IMG/VR virus record: IMGVR_UViG_3300044723_007969 | Direction: 5' to 3' (one strand) | Length of the DNA stretch: 64,000 nucleotides | From: a virus | Lineage: Duplodnaviria > Caudoviricetes | Shown here: one piece after another, positions 48,717-58,346 of the stretch | Position numbering within the stretch: the stretch's first letter is position 1 | Layout of the letters: every line of letters starts with the position of its first letter | The notes under the pieces: model-generated | The model's input: the letters and a program-made list of their open reading frames with translations, nothing else | Database searches by the model: none | What the model was told of the DNA's origin: nothing | Translations under genes and position numbers: made by a program

Positions 48717-49784
48717 TTATATACCCGCTAACTTACGGATACTTGTTATATCAGCATCTTCCCTTTGTGCTCTGTCGCCGCCTGACTCAGAAAGTATTTT
48801 GGCACCTTCTTTGGTCACAGCCTTGTCAGCCATCACGTGTGGTAGATACTTGTTGAACGAAGCCTCAAGTTTCGCTGTTGAAACTGATTCTAACAACTGA
48901 CTCATTACTTCACTCTTTTCTTTGCCCAATGGTTTGAGCATCTCAGCCATCTTTTCCTTGCGTTCCATCAAGTCCGCTTGTCTCTTGGCTTCCGCCTCCT
49001 TGGACTCAATCACCGCTTGTTTCTCTTCGACGGCCTTCTCAGCGTCTTTTAATTTAAGTGTAGTTTCATCCACAACTCTCATTAACTTCGCAGACTCAGA
49101 TTTCTCATTTAAGTAAGAATTCTGGTACTCCGATGCAAACGCTTCGAATATTTTCTTACCAAAGTTGATTTCTCTAGCAGATGTAATGTCTTCCTTCAAG
49201 CCTTTTAGCTCTTCAGCAAGTTTTTTATTAACTGCAGATTCTACAACTTTAGCAGATCTTGTTATGAAAGCCTCTTTCATCTTAGCCATTTGTTTTTTGG
49301 CTTCGGCTACTAGTTTGACTTTCGTTTCCACAACGCCTTTTTTGTCTTCATGGAACTCTTTAATTTCTTTTGCAAGAGCGTTTACTACGAACTCTTCCAT
49401 TTTCTTAAAGTTTTCATGAACACCTTTTCTGTCGCCGTGTAGTTCTTTTAACTCTTCTGATAGTTTAGATAGGATGAATCCTTCTAATTTAGCAGAATGT
49501 TTGCCTACGTTTTCTTTGTAAGCGATTTTTTCTTGTGCAAGTGCTTTTCTGTCTTCAACGAATTTCGTGATCTCTTCAGATAACTTTTCGTTCATCATTT
49601 TGTCAATAGCCTCGATCATGTTTGCTTTGTCGTGTTCGTATCTTTTAGCAAACTCTTCTCTTAACTCAGCGCCTACAACTTCTTTGTTTTCTTTAATCTT
49701 CGAATCCCAAGCCTCTTGGATGCCTTTTTGCACATCTTCTGAGATCGCTCCTGACTCTACTAATTTTGATATTGCGTCTATCAT
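48717..49784 (-). CDS. gp22: prohead core scaffold protein
   Basis: Coiled-coil E/K-rich protein between the protease and capsid genes; GKKIFEAF. Confidence 0.85.
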   Translation of the reverse strand: MIDAISKLVESGAISEDVQKGIQEAWDSKIKENKEVVGAELREEFAKRYEHDKANMIEAIDKMMNEKLSEEITKFVEDRKALAQEKIAYKENVGKHSAKLEGFILSKLSEELKELHGDRKGVHENFKKMEEFVVNALAKEIKEFHEDKKGVVETKVKLVAEAKKQMAKMKEAFITRSAKVVESAVNKKLAEELKGLKEDITSAREINFGKKIFEAFASEYQNSYLNEKSESAKLMRVVDETTLKLKDAEKAVEEKQAVIESKEAEAKRQADLMERKEKMAEMLKPLGKEKSEVMSQLLESVSTAKLEASFNKYLPHVMADKAVTKEGAKILSESGGDRAQREDADITSIRKLAGI

Positions 49785-49785
49785 G

Positions 49786-50418
49786 TTATTTTAGGTCCTT
49801 TATTATGTTGGTTAGTGCCTCCTTGAGGAACTTTTGTGCTTTTGGGTCATTTCTAACTTCAGCCGCCAACCCTTTTGCCATGTTACCACCCTTTGTATTC
49901 ATTAGGTGTTCGTAAATTGGCGTTGGGTAAGCACCTGGTGCCGAAGGTTGGGCAACAACATCGACTGTGATGATCTCGAAGTCTGAAACTTCGCCGCTTC
50001 CGTATTCGTTCATGTTTCCAGAACCTCTACTTGAAACGCCTAGTTTCACACCTGATTGCAACATAGTTTCGACAAGTTTGCCCATCGGTGTCGGTAGGAT
50101 TTTCATCTTACCGTATCCATTTGGTCCGTCCATCCACATTTCTGTGATCATGTGAGACACACGGTCCAAATTAATCTTTAAATCATCTGGGTGATCCACT
50201 TCACCTAACACAGAGTATCCAGAACTGATCTGATCGTTCAGTGTTTTAGTCGCTTTTGCGATTTCTGACACTGGGTAAACTCTCTGATTAGCGTTCTTGA
50301 TCCCACCTTGAATACAGATACCCTTCATGTACAAATCCTTACCGTCTTTTCCCTCGTGTAAGATCTGCACTCTGGCCTGATCAAATGTTAGATTCTCTCT
50401 TAGGTATAGTGATGCCAT
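49786..50418 (-). CDS. gp21: prohead protease
   Basis: KNANQRVYP, GEVDHP, LGVSSRGSG and DVVAQPSAPGA motifs. Confidence 0.96.
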   Translation of the reverse strand: MASLYLRENLTFDQARVQILHEGKDGKDLYMKGICIQGGIKNANQRVYPVSEIAKATKTLNDQISSGYSVLGEVDHPDDLKINLDRVSHMITEMWMDGPNGYGKMKILPTPMGKLVETMLQSGVKLGVSSRGSGNMNEYGSGEVSDFEIITVDVVAQPSAPGAYPTPIYEHLMNTKGGNMAKGLAAEVRNDPKAQKFLKEALTNIIKDLK

Positions 50419-50445
50419 CCGACGATCTCCCTGTTAAATCAACAA

Positions 50446-51318
50446 TTACTTAGAAGCAACTGGTGATTTTGCTGATTTATCAGAACCATCCGCAGTTGAA
50501 GGTTTAACTTCCTTCATCTTTGGCTCAGTAGTTTGGTTCATGCTTTTCGCTGTTGGAGCCGGTCTTCCTTTTTCTTCTGCTCCGCCTTTAGCGATGTTTG
50601 AACCACCTTGGCCCATTTTTGTGCCTGCGTCTGCTACTGGTGATTTCTTGTTATCAGCATGGTCGGCAGTGTCCGCTTTAGCCATGTTTTTGTATTCTTT
50701 TACAGTTTCTTTGGCTGGTGCTTCTTTGCTTTCCATCTCTGGAGTTAACTCTGGTGCTAAAGATTCTTCTTCTTTTTCTTCTTCACCGTCTTTTTTGTCG
50801 CCCATCATTGCTTCGAATTCTGCCTTTAGTTCATCTAAAGCGTCTTCCAAGTCAACTACTCTGTCTTCAACATCGCCTTCTGCGTCTTTTTCAGCGTCCA
50901 TGTCTGCTGGCATTTCTTCACCTTTATCTGCATCCATTTCGCCTTCTTCTTCTGCTGAGATGTCTTTAACCAATTCGTCAGTTGCGTCGCCGCCTACTTC
51001 TTCAATTGATTCTTCTTCAGTAGTTTCAGATTCAGTTGCTTCGTCTTCGATTTCAACAACTTCGTCTACTTGCTCGTCTTTAGATTCTTCAGTAGTTTCT
51101 TCTACTTTTTCCTCTTCAGATGCTTCAGTTTCTTTAACTTCTTCTTTAGCGTCTTCTTTTGATTCTTCTTTTGCCTCGGCAGTTACTTCTTCGTCTGCTA
51201 GGTTCTCGTAGATGTCTCTTGACTTTTCTACTACGATTTCGTGGAATAAAGCCTCTGCTTTATCGTTTTCTTCATTTATTAGTAATTCTAATAAACTCTC
51301 AAATTTATTGTTTGACAT
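50446..51318 (-). CDS. highly acidic prohead core protein
   Basis: Glu-rich; positioned between the portal and protease genes. Confidence 0.7.
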   Translation of the reverse strand: MSNNKFESLLELLINEENDKAEALFHEIVVEKSRDIYENLADEEVTAEAKEESKEDAKEEVKETEASEEEKVEETTEESKDEQVDEVVEIEDEATESETTEEESIEEVGGDATDELVKDISAEEEGEMDADKGEEMPADMDAEKDAEGDVEDRVVDLEDALDELKAEFEAMMGDKKDGEEEKEEESLAPELTPEMESKEAPAKETVKEYKNMAKADTADHADNKKSPVADAGTKMGQGGSNIAKGGAEEKGRPAPTAKSMNQTTEPKMKEVKPSTADGSDKSAKSPVASK

Positions 51319-51425
51319 TTTACACGTGCTCCTTGTTTTATAGTCGATTTGTACTTATAAGTGTTTGTATTTACTGCAAAGGTACGAAAACGGTGGTGTA
51401 ACTGGTGTAAAATGACGTCTTTTTG

Positions 51426-52052
51426 TTATCTTTTAATCTGGAGTTCGAATTTTGCCAGGAATTCTTCAGTTGAGGTGTGTTTCATGTTGTCTGCCCAGGT
51501 CAGATCTTTGGGTTGGAACCATCCCGCAGGCACAACTCTATGGAACTTGACCTCCTTGTAATCTTGTAGGCAACGCTTGGTCTGATTCATCCAGTTGCCG
51601 TAGAACGTGGCCTCGTCGTTGCTTTTCTTGTAGTTCCTTGTGTCCTTGAACATGTTGTTGAAACGGAATCTGTTGTTTTTGTTGCCTTCGGCATGACCTT
51701 GATAGTCAAACCCCAGTATGTAGATCTCCTTGTGTCCTTGGTCACAGGCCAATTTCAATGCTGTTGGACCGCTTGACCAACCCAGACTAGGCTTGAACCA
51801 GTTGACATGATCCATTATTTTCTGGTTTTTGTTGTATTGGTTGTTGAAATTGCTCCATACTTTATTATGTACAGGATAATCTGATTCCGCTATCTCTAAA
51901 ATCATCTTTGGATCAACTGCCACAAGGAAGTCGGGACGGTGTGTTCTGTACACACCATTGCAGGCAAAAACCGTGCCTCGTTCTTTGAGGTCATCGATAT
52001 CGATGCCCTTACGTGATTCACCGTTACCTAGTACGAACGCTATTGATGACAT
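51426..52052 (-). CDS. Maf/DUF115 (CstII-like) putative glycosyltransferase inside the head module
   Basis: VLGNGESRKG, ACNGVYR..PDFLVAVD, WSSGPTA and IYILGFDY; paralog of 503..1258. Confidence 0.65.
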   Translation of the reverse strand: MSSIAFVLGNGESRKGIDIDDLKERGTVFACNGVYRTHRPDFLVAVDPKMILEIAESDYPVHNKVWSNFNNQYNKNQKIMDHVNWFKPSLGWSSGPTALKLACDQGHKEIYILGFDYQGHAEGNKNNRFRFNNMFKDTRNYKKSNDEATFYGNWMNQTKRCLQDYKEVKFHRVVPAGWFQPKDLTWADNMKHTSTEEFLAKFELQIKR

Positions 52053-52294
52053 TATAACGTTAAGTTATCGTCTGTGGCAGGTTGTCCGTACATCTTTTGG
52101 ACAAATACTGCTTCTTCCTTTTGTTGAGCATCGTGTGCCTCAGATGCCAACCTCATAGAGTTGATTTGTTTGAGTGTTAGTCTTGTTTTTCTTGTGTCTT
52201 CTGAATCTAGAATGGAAATATCGTTCTCAGGCTCGTATGTTTTGTCCTGTTCAAGGCCATCTGCGCCGTAAGTGAAGAATTCATTCAGTTTCAT
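52052..52294 (-). CDS. small head-module protein
   Basis: DTRKTRLTLKQINSMR; late promoter 5 nt upstream. Confidence 0.7.
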   Translation of the reverse strand: MKLNEFFTYGADGLEQDKTYEPENDISILDSEDTRKTRLTLKQINSMRLASEAHDAQQKEEAVFVQKMYGQPATDDNLTL

Positions 52295-52309
52295 AAACGT
52301 ATTTAACCC

Positions 52310-54040
52310 TTATACCTGTCCGCCGCCACCTGTGCCACCTGGCGTCTGTCCACCTGGCGTCTGTCCTGGCTGTCCTGGCTGTGCTCCGCCTGGTTCTGGT
52401 GCGTCTACATCTGCTGTTGGCTCTTCGAATTGATCCAGGTCGGCACTGATACCCGATTGTGTAACTCCACCACCTCTCAATTCATTTGATTTAGTTTGTT
52501 TCTTCTGTGGTACATTGTTTTCTTCTGCCCAAAGTTCGGCATTTCTTGCCATTTCTTCTTCGCTCAATCCTAAATATCTTTTTAGTGCAAATCTTTTACT
52601 CATGTAAGGCAGTTCTGCCACCTGTGAAAATGTGTTGACCCTGCTTTGGTCCATTTCTGTCTGTCTGTACTGTGCAAAGTTCTGTGGTGGATTCAATTTA
52701 AGACCAAACATACTGTTGTCTATGTTGTATCCTTTTGATTTGATCCATAATTTGAACTCACTGTCAAATGTTTCTGCCAACATTGATTGTAATCTAGCAC
52801 AATACTTGTTGAATCTCAATTCCTGGATGTATGCAGTACCCACTCTACCATCATTGTACTGTTGTCCACCGTCTTCTGCACCTGTTGGTAGATAAGAACT
52901 TGGAATTCTCAATCCTCTGAACAGTTTGTTTGTGAAGAATCTCAAGTCATCTATCTCACCAAGGTTTGTACCACCCGGTAGTGTGTCCACTTTAGAACCT
53001 CTACCCTCTGCTGTCTGTGGGAAGAAGTAATCTTCGTTTATTGACATTGGGTTGTATGTTGCATCTATGAAGTTTGCTCCACCTGATGCACTTGGAATTC
53101 TTCTTTGGTTGATCTCGTTTTTGACCCTCTCAACGAACTGCATAGCCAAGTGTGTTGGCATGTTACCCACGTCTATGTAGAATACCCTTCTTTCAGGTGC
53201 TCTTTGAACCCTGTAGATGATGATTGCGTCTTCTAATAATTCTTTTTGTTTGTAAACCTTGAATACTTGTTCTAACACCGACTGTCCAAATGGGAATAGG
53301 TTGTCTAGACCATCTGACATTGACATGTGGATCACATGTTCTGCGTTTATGTTGTACGCATTCATGGTCTTGTAGAATCTTCCACCTGCGTTTCCGCCTG
53401 CGAAGCCTGACATGTTGTTTGTGGCACCTGCGTTTGCATAACTTGATCCGTATGCCGCTGTTCCACCGCCTGTGGTTCCACCACCACCATAAGTTTGATT
53501 TGGTGTGATCTGTGTTGCACTCAATCTCTGTAAGTTAGGGTTTATATCTCTGATCACATACTGTTCAGGTTTCTTGCCCTCTGATTCATTTACAACGATC
53601 CTGTCAACTTTGGCGTTGTCTATGTACAACCATTTCTGTGTTTCCGGATCCCTAACGAAGAAACAGTCTCCGTATTTTAATGCGTTCCTGAATATCCTAA
53701 AAATTCTCTTGTTGAACTTGTTTGACTTGGTCCATTGTTGAAGTGCCTTCTTGAGAAGTTTCACTTCGTGTTCTGTTGTCTCATCATTGAACACTATGTC
53801 GAACGGAGTTTCGTTCTCTGTGTTCTGCTGTGTCGAGAATTCCGCCAGGATGTCCAGTGCCGCATTGATCTCCGAGTCTGAATCCATTTGGTCATACTGG
53901 AAGTATCTCTGTATCCTGTTGGGGTGTCCTGTGTACACGTCCGGAAGATAGGAACTGTAATTCCTCTTCGCGAAGTTGGGCACTTTCTCTCCACTTATGG
54001 GAGAAAGGTTAGCGTCTTTAAAATATTTTTTCCAAGCCAT
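52310..54040 (-). CDS. gp20: portal vertex protein
   Basis: LLEDAIIIYRVQRAPERRVFYIDVGNMP, EDYFFP and TLPGG motifs. Confidence 0.97.
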   Translation of the reverse strand: MAWKKYFKDANLSPISGEKVPNFAKRNYSSYLPDVYTGHPNRIQRYFQYDQMDSDSEINAALDILAEFSTQQNTENETPFDIVFNDETTEHEVKLLKKALQQWTKSNKFNKRIFRIFRNALKYGDCFFVRDPETQKWLYIDNAKVDRIVVNESEGKKPEQYVIRDINPNLQRLSATQITPNQTYGGGGTTGGGTAAYGSSYANAGATNNMSGFAGGNAGGRFYKTMNAYNINAEHVIHMSMSDGLDNLFPFGQSVLEQVFKVYKQKELLEDAIIIYRVQRAPERRVFYIDVGNMPTHLAMQFVERVKNEINQRRIPSASGGANFIDATYNPMSINEDYFFPQTAEGRGSKVDTLPGGTNLGEIDDLRFFTNKLFRGLRIPSSYLPTGAEDGGQQYNDGRVGTAYIQELRFNKYCARLQSMLAETFDSEFKLWIKSKGYNIDNSMFGLKLNPPQNFAQYRQTEMDQSRVNTFSQVAELPYMSKRFALKRYLGLSEEEMARNAELWAEENNVPQKKQTKSNELRGGGVTQSGISADLDQFEEPTADVDAPEPGGAQPGQPGQTPGGQTPGGTGGGGQV

Positions 54041-54046
54041 ACTTTA

Positions 54047-56308
54047 TTATACTAGACTTCCTGTCATGTTTGCAACATTATTATTCATGTTTTTGGTATT
54101 TCTTTCAATCATACTTGCTATCATGTTGTTCGTATTTAACGTTTTGTTGAGGTTGTTGATAGCCACTACCAACTTGTCTTCTCCTCCGCCGGTTATTTTG
54201 TCTTTAACCAACATAATACTGTCTTTGAAATCCTTCAATCCATCCTTAAAATTATTGAGTTCCAATGTTTGTGCATTTTTCAGTGGATCTCCCTCCATTG
54301 TGCCCCGGTACATGGCATCGTGTGCGCCAAGTAACCCAATCATTTGTTTTGGTGTGACCACTGCTTCCATGCCGTGTAGCATGGCCGGTGTTCCACTGCC
54401 GAAGTTCTGGAACAGTGCTCCTGTTCCCATGGTTCCTTTGTTGAACATGGATTTGGCATCTACTGCATCTTCATTGTACCCTTTGAATATTCCATACCCT
54501 GCACCAAGTATTCCTCCTATTGCGGCTCCAACTGCTGTTCCCACAATAGGTATCGCAGATCCTATCATTGCACCAGTTAACGCACCGCCTGCCGCGGCTC
54601 CGCCAACACCTAAACCTTTTTTCGCGTGGGTGTCTGCACCTGCGGCATACTCACCACTGGCACCAGCAATACCTACACCGGCCAACGCCCCACCTGCCTT
54701 TAATCCTGCTTTTCCCATTCGAGCCATGACACCTGACTTGCCCATTCCTATCGCTGTACCCAGTGCCACAATGCTGACCTGCTTGGCGAAGTCAAATATC
54801 AGTGCCCCCGCCAGTGCCGCCATCAGCGCCTTGCCGAAGTTGGCCGGACTGAAACCCTTGATCGTCTCAACAATTTTTTCCACGTATCCTTTGAAATCAC
54901 CTGTGATGAATTCTGTAAACCTTGTTATGGCTGGGGTCAGTCCTGATAAAAATTGTGTCTGTACTTCAGCGAACGCGGTCTTCAATCTTCTCATCTCTTC
55001 ATTGAATGGCATCATGGTTTCTGCCAGTTCTTTGGCTTTTGCCGCTTGTTCGGCCGCGGCCTCGCCTACATCCATCTGTTGTGTGGCAAAGTAGTTCATC
55101 GCATTGGCAAGTTCTGGAAACTGCCTCAAGATTATCTGATCCATCTCATCCATAAAGCCTTGGGCGTGCGGTTTAAACATGGCCATTATTTCTGGTGCTG
55201 TTTTACCTGCTTTAACCAAGTTTTTGAAGTTCAAGAACAGATCCGCGATCTCTGGATTAAGACCCATTAACTGTTCACCGAGTTCGTCAAACGGTACACC
55301 AGATTCCATCATCATCTTGGCGTTGTCATGCATGGCGGGTGCCATCACTTTCAATCCTGCCAGGAATAGGTTCGCTTGAGTCGCCTGGTCTTCAGTCAGT
55401 CCGGTCAATGCCTTTTGGAGTAGTGCATCTTTCTGCTGAGCCTTGACTTCGTCATCGATCTGTTTTCTCTGGATACCTGTTGTTTTGGCTAATAGATCAA
55501 GTTGTTTGGCGTACTTGGTAGTTCTCTCGGCCACCTGTCGTGCTGTCAGTGTTTCTTTTATTTCCGCGAATCTCTGTCTTTCCAGGTACGTGCCCATGTA
55601 GTCGTTGAGCTCTTCTGTTGTGATACCAAGATTGAACAGACCGTCTGCCAAGGCCTTGTCCCTTATGGACAGTGAGAACTGTGCAAGGTTCTTTATACCC
55701 TGTTCCGTGGTACCAAAAAGTGATGACAGTGCTAATGCGTTGTCGGCTACTAATCCGCCAAACTCACCCAGTGGTAACATCGCGGAGTGTGCCATCTCCC
55801 TCATGCCGATCAAACTCTTACCAAAACTTGCACCGACCTGAGACAACTCCCTGAACACATTCACATTGTAGTCTAGGCTTCCTGCAAGTGCCTGAACTGC
55901 GTCTCCGGCCAGTCCAAATCTGGAAAACATGCCCGCCAGTTGTTCCATGTCATTGGACGCCGAGGCCGCACCGTCGCCTAACTTGAACATTGTCTTCACA
56001 AATGGTCCGGCAAAACTAGTGGCCTTGTCTAAAGAATCGGAGAACTCCGCTACGGATTCTTCTGCCTTGTCAAATTCCTTGTTGATATCTTTTAAGTTTT
56101 TTATCTCTTCATCATCGAGTTTTTTCTTTGCCTTCATCGACTTGATGGTTGCTTCTAACTGTTTCTGAAATTCTTTCTGCTCTTTTGCTGATTTACCAGC
56201 CAGTGAGCCCGTTATGGCACCCGAACGAGATTTGTCGTCGGTCATCCTCTTTAGGGTTTCTATGAGTTTTTCTATTTCTCTTTCCAATTCCATATGGTTT
56301 TTAATCAC
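54047..56308 (-). CDS. tape measure / baseplate hub protein
   Basis: Long helical Ala/Gly-rich protein with a glycine-zipper hydrophobic segment; divergent from the hub chaperone genes. Start may be ATG 56293. Confidence 0.7.
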   Translation of the reverse strand: MIKNHMELEREIEKLIETLKRMTDDKSRSGAITGSLAGKSAKEQKEFQKQLEATIKSMKAKKKLDDEEIKNLKDINKEFDKAEESVAEFSDSLDKATSFAGPFVKTMFKLGDGAASASNDMEQLAGMFSRFGLAGDAVQALAGSLDYNVNVFRELSQVGASFGKSLIGMREMAHSAMLPLGEFGGLVADNALALSSLFGTTEQGIKNLAQFSLSIRDKALADGLFNLGITTEELNDYMGTYLERQRFAEIKETLTARQVAERTTKYAKQLDLLAKTTGIQRKQIDDEVKAQQKDALLQKALTGLTEDQATQANLFLAGLKVMAPAMHDNAKMMMESGVPFDELGEQLMGLNPEIADLFLNFKNLVKAGKTAPEIMAMFKPHAQGFMDEMDQIILRQFPELANAMNYFATQQMDVGEAAAEQAAKAKELAETMMPFNEEMRRLKTAFAEVQTQFLSGLTPAITRFTEFITGDFKGYVEKIVETIKGFSPANFGKALMAALAGALIFDFAKQVSIVALGTAIGMGKSGVMARMGKAGLKAGGALAGVGIAGASGEYAAGADTHAKKGLGVGGAAAGGALTGAMIGSAIPIVGTAVGAAIGGILGAGYGIFKGYNEDAVDAKSMFNKGTMGTGALFQNFGSGTPAMLHGMEAVVTPKQMIGLLGAHDAMYRGTMEGDPLKNAQTLELNNFKDGLKDFKDSIMLVKDKITGGGEDKLVVAINNLNKTLNTNNMIASMIERNTKNMNNNVANMTGSLV

Positions 56309-56377
56309 CGGGTTTTATACGCACATAAATATTGACACGTAACAGCAACTATACTATATTTATAGACACAAAAAACC

Positions 56378-57286
56378 ATGGATAAGCCATTAACAAACAT
56401 GCCAAACATACCAGGAACGCCCACAACTAGTGCGGCTGAAAATCCACTTAAAAAATATTACAGACAACCGTCGATCTACATCAAGTTGCCCTCCAAGGGA
56501 CGGTTCTACGATGCAGACAGTTTCACACCCACAGAGACCGGTGACATACCCATATTGCCGATGACAGCAAAGGATGAGATGACTTTGAAGACACCAGACG
56601 CACTGATCAACGGTCAGGCCACGGTCGATGTCATCGAAAGTTGTGTGCCGAACATCAAGAATGCCTGGAGGATCGTCAATCATGACTTGGACGTCATACT
56701 ATTGGCCATGAGGATTGCGACCTATGGTGAGAGCATGACCTTAACTGGTTCGGTGCCTAATACCTCAGATACTGTGGAACACACAGTCAGCCTTCCGGCA
56801 ATGTTGGAAGAGGCGGCCAAAGAAGAAATCACAGACACTTTTGCAACCAAGAGCGGGTTTCAGGTCAAAGTAAAACCAATGGACTACAAGCAGTTAACAG
56901 ACACACAGATCGGTGCATTCGAGAAACAGAAACAGTACGCGGCGATGATGTCAAAAGAAGGGATAGACCCTGAGGAAAAAGGAAAACTGTTTGCTGAAAA
57001 CTTCAAGCAGTTGACTGAATTGAACTTCAACGTGCTCTACAATGCGATAGCAGAACTACACACACCAGATGCTATTGTGGTTAAGGACCACGAACAAATA
57101 AAAGAATTTCTTGACAACGCACCAAAAAAAGTTGTCGAGGAGATACAAGAAGGCCTTGCAAAGAACAGAATACAAGGAAGCATCAAACCTATCAAGTTGA
57201 AAGCAACTGAAGAGCAGATCATGAAAGGTGCTCCGGCCAATTACGAAATGCCGATCACGTTTGATAGCTCAAATTTTTTCGCATAA
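56378..57286 (+). CDS. gp26: baseplate hub assembly protein (gp26-like)
   Basis: YIKLPSKG.FY, PMTAKDE and DLDVILLAMRIATYG motifs; ends NFFA. Confidence 0.75.
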   Translation: MDKPLTNMPNIPGTPTTSAAENPLKKYYRQPSIYIKLPSKGRFYDADSFTPTETGDIPILPMTAKDEMTLKTPDALINGQATVDVIESCVPNIKNAWRIVNHDLDVILLAMRIATYGESMTLTGSVPNTSDTVEHTVSLPAMLEEAAKEEITDTFATKSGFQVKVKPMDYKQLTDTQIGAFEKQKQYAAMMSKEGIDPEEKGKLFAENFKQLTELNFNVLYNAIAELHTPDAIVVKDHEQIKEFLDNAPKKVVEEIQEGLAKNRIQGSIKPIKLKATEEQIMKGAPANYEMPITFDSSNFFA

Positions 57287-57297
57287 ATCTGCTGTCA

Positions 57298-57510
57298 ATG
57301 GGGGACTCTGACATTATCAAGTACCTCAAGGAGTTCGACAGCCATATCAAGAACATGAAAATGGAAGTATTCAAGACCATGTGGTACATGCGTGGGGGCA
57401 TATCCCATCAGGAAGCACTGAATCTGAGCCCGGAAGACAGGAAGGTAATACATGCTTTGGTAAAAGAAAACATGGAGACAACCAAAAAAACCGGTCAGCC
57501 TTTCTTCTAG
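57298..57510 (+). CDS. gp51-like hub assembly protein, possibly expressed as a -1 frameshift extension of the gp26-like ORF
   Basis: WYMRGGISHQEALNLSPEDR; no SD upstream; slippery site nearby. Confidence 0.65.
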   Translation: MGDSDIIKYLKEFDSHIKNMKMEVFKTMWYMRGGISHQEALNLSPEDRKVIHALVKENMETTKKTGQPFF

Positions 57511-57562
57511 AATATAGTATACTATTATAACATTTGAAAATGCAGATAATTAACACTTACAT

Positions 57563-57883
57563 ATGTCCGAAAAAGACCTAGTCAAAGAACTCAAATCCGA
57601 AATCGTAGAAATCACAAAAGACCGTGATGATGCTTTGTCTAAGGTGAAGGCCAAGGAGAGCCGGATGAAGCAGGTGTTGATCAAACTGGAACACGCCACA
57701 CAGGATGTGCAGACAGTGGGCCACAAGATAGGTGAACAGAACAAGCAGATAGCGGAACTGCAGGCCAAGTTGGACACCAAGGGCCGACTGCTTGACGAGG
57801 CCCTGCAGAAAATCAAGGACATACATGACGACTCAACAGAAAAAACAGAACCCGACACAGACGATAAAGAATTGGATCAGTGA
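57563..57883 (+). CDS. coiled-coil hypothetical protein
   Basis: Heptad-rich 106-aa ORF. Confidence 0.65.
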   Translation: MSEKDLVKELKSEIVEITKDRDDALSKVKAKESRMKQVLIKLEHATQDVQTVGHKIGEQNKQIAELQAKLDTKGRLLDEALQKIKDIHDDSTEKTEPDTDDKELDQ

Positions 57884-58346
57884 GTTTGTAACCAAACCCA
57901 ATCCCATATTCGGTGACCTGCCGCCGTGCCCATTCGCACAGAAGGCCATAGTGGAAGATAAAGTCGAATTTGTCGAATTGAATGGCACTGGCAACTACAA
58001 CACATTATATCAGTTCATAACACAGTTTGATTTCGAAGAAAAAGATGTATTGTGTATGATCGCTGAACCCGATCAATTTTCCGCCAAAGAGACTGTCAGT
58101 ATAGCAAATGACTTGAATCGATATTTCATGAGGAAGGACATTGTTGTCCTGGAAGATCATCCAGAAATCAATGAGCACGTCGAGGATGTGAAATTGAACA
58201 ACGGCAAGTATATTTTATTTTTGGCACAGAGTTTAAGCAAGTTGAACAAATTCTCCAAGATGTTGGAGACCGGACCTTACTACAAGAATTGGTCTAAAGG
58301 TTATCTGGAATCAGTGAAAGGTTTCCGAGAGAAGAAAAGTCAGTAA
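57825..58346 (+). CDS. DUF1415-like hypothetical protein
   Basis: IKNWISEFV...PPCPFAQKA...LEDHP; probable start ATG 57825. Confidence 0.55.
   Translation: MTTQQKKQNPTQTIKNWISEFVTKPNPIFGDLPPCPFAQKAIVEDKVEFVELNGTGNYNTLYQFITQFDFEEKDVLCMIAEPDQFSAKETVSIANDLNRYFMRKDIVVLEDHPEINEHVEDVKLNNGKYILFLAQSLSKLNKFSKMLETGPYYKNWSKGYLESVKGFREKKSQ

Noticed and set aside
52330-52390. Short tandem repeats CCACCTGGCGTCTGT and CCTGGCTGT
   Set aside because: They encode the low-complexity PGQ/PGGQT tail of the portal protein; not CRISPR or regulatory
50540-55094. Long antisense ORFs (50540..51211, 53976..55094, and likewise 42782..43663, 34066..34737, 37033..37629)
   Set aside because: Shadow frames of strongly codon-biased genes on the opposite strand
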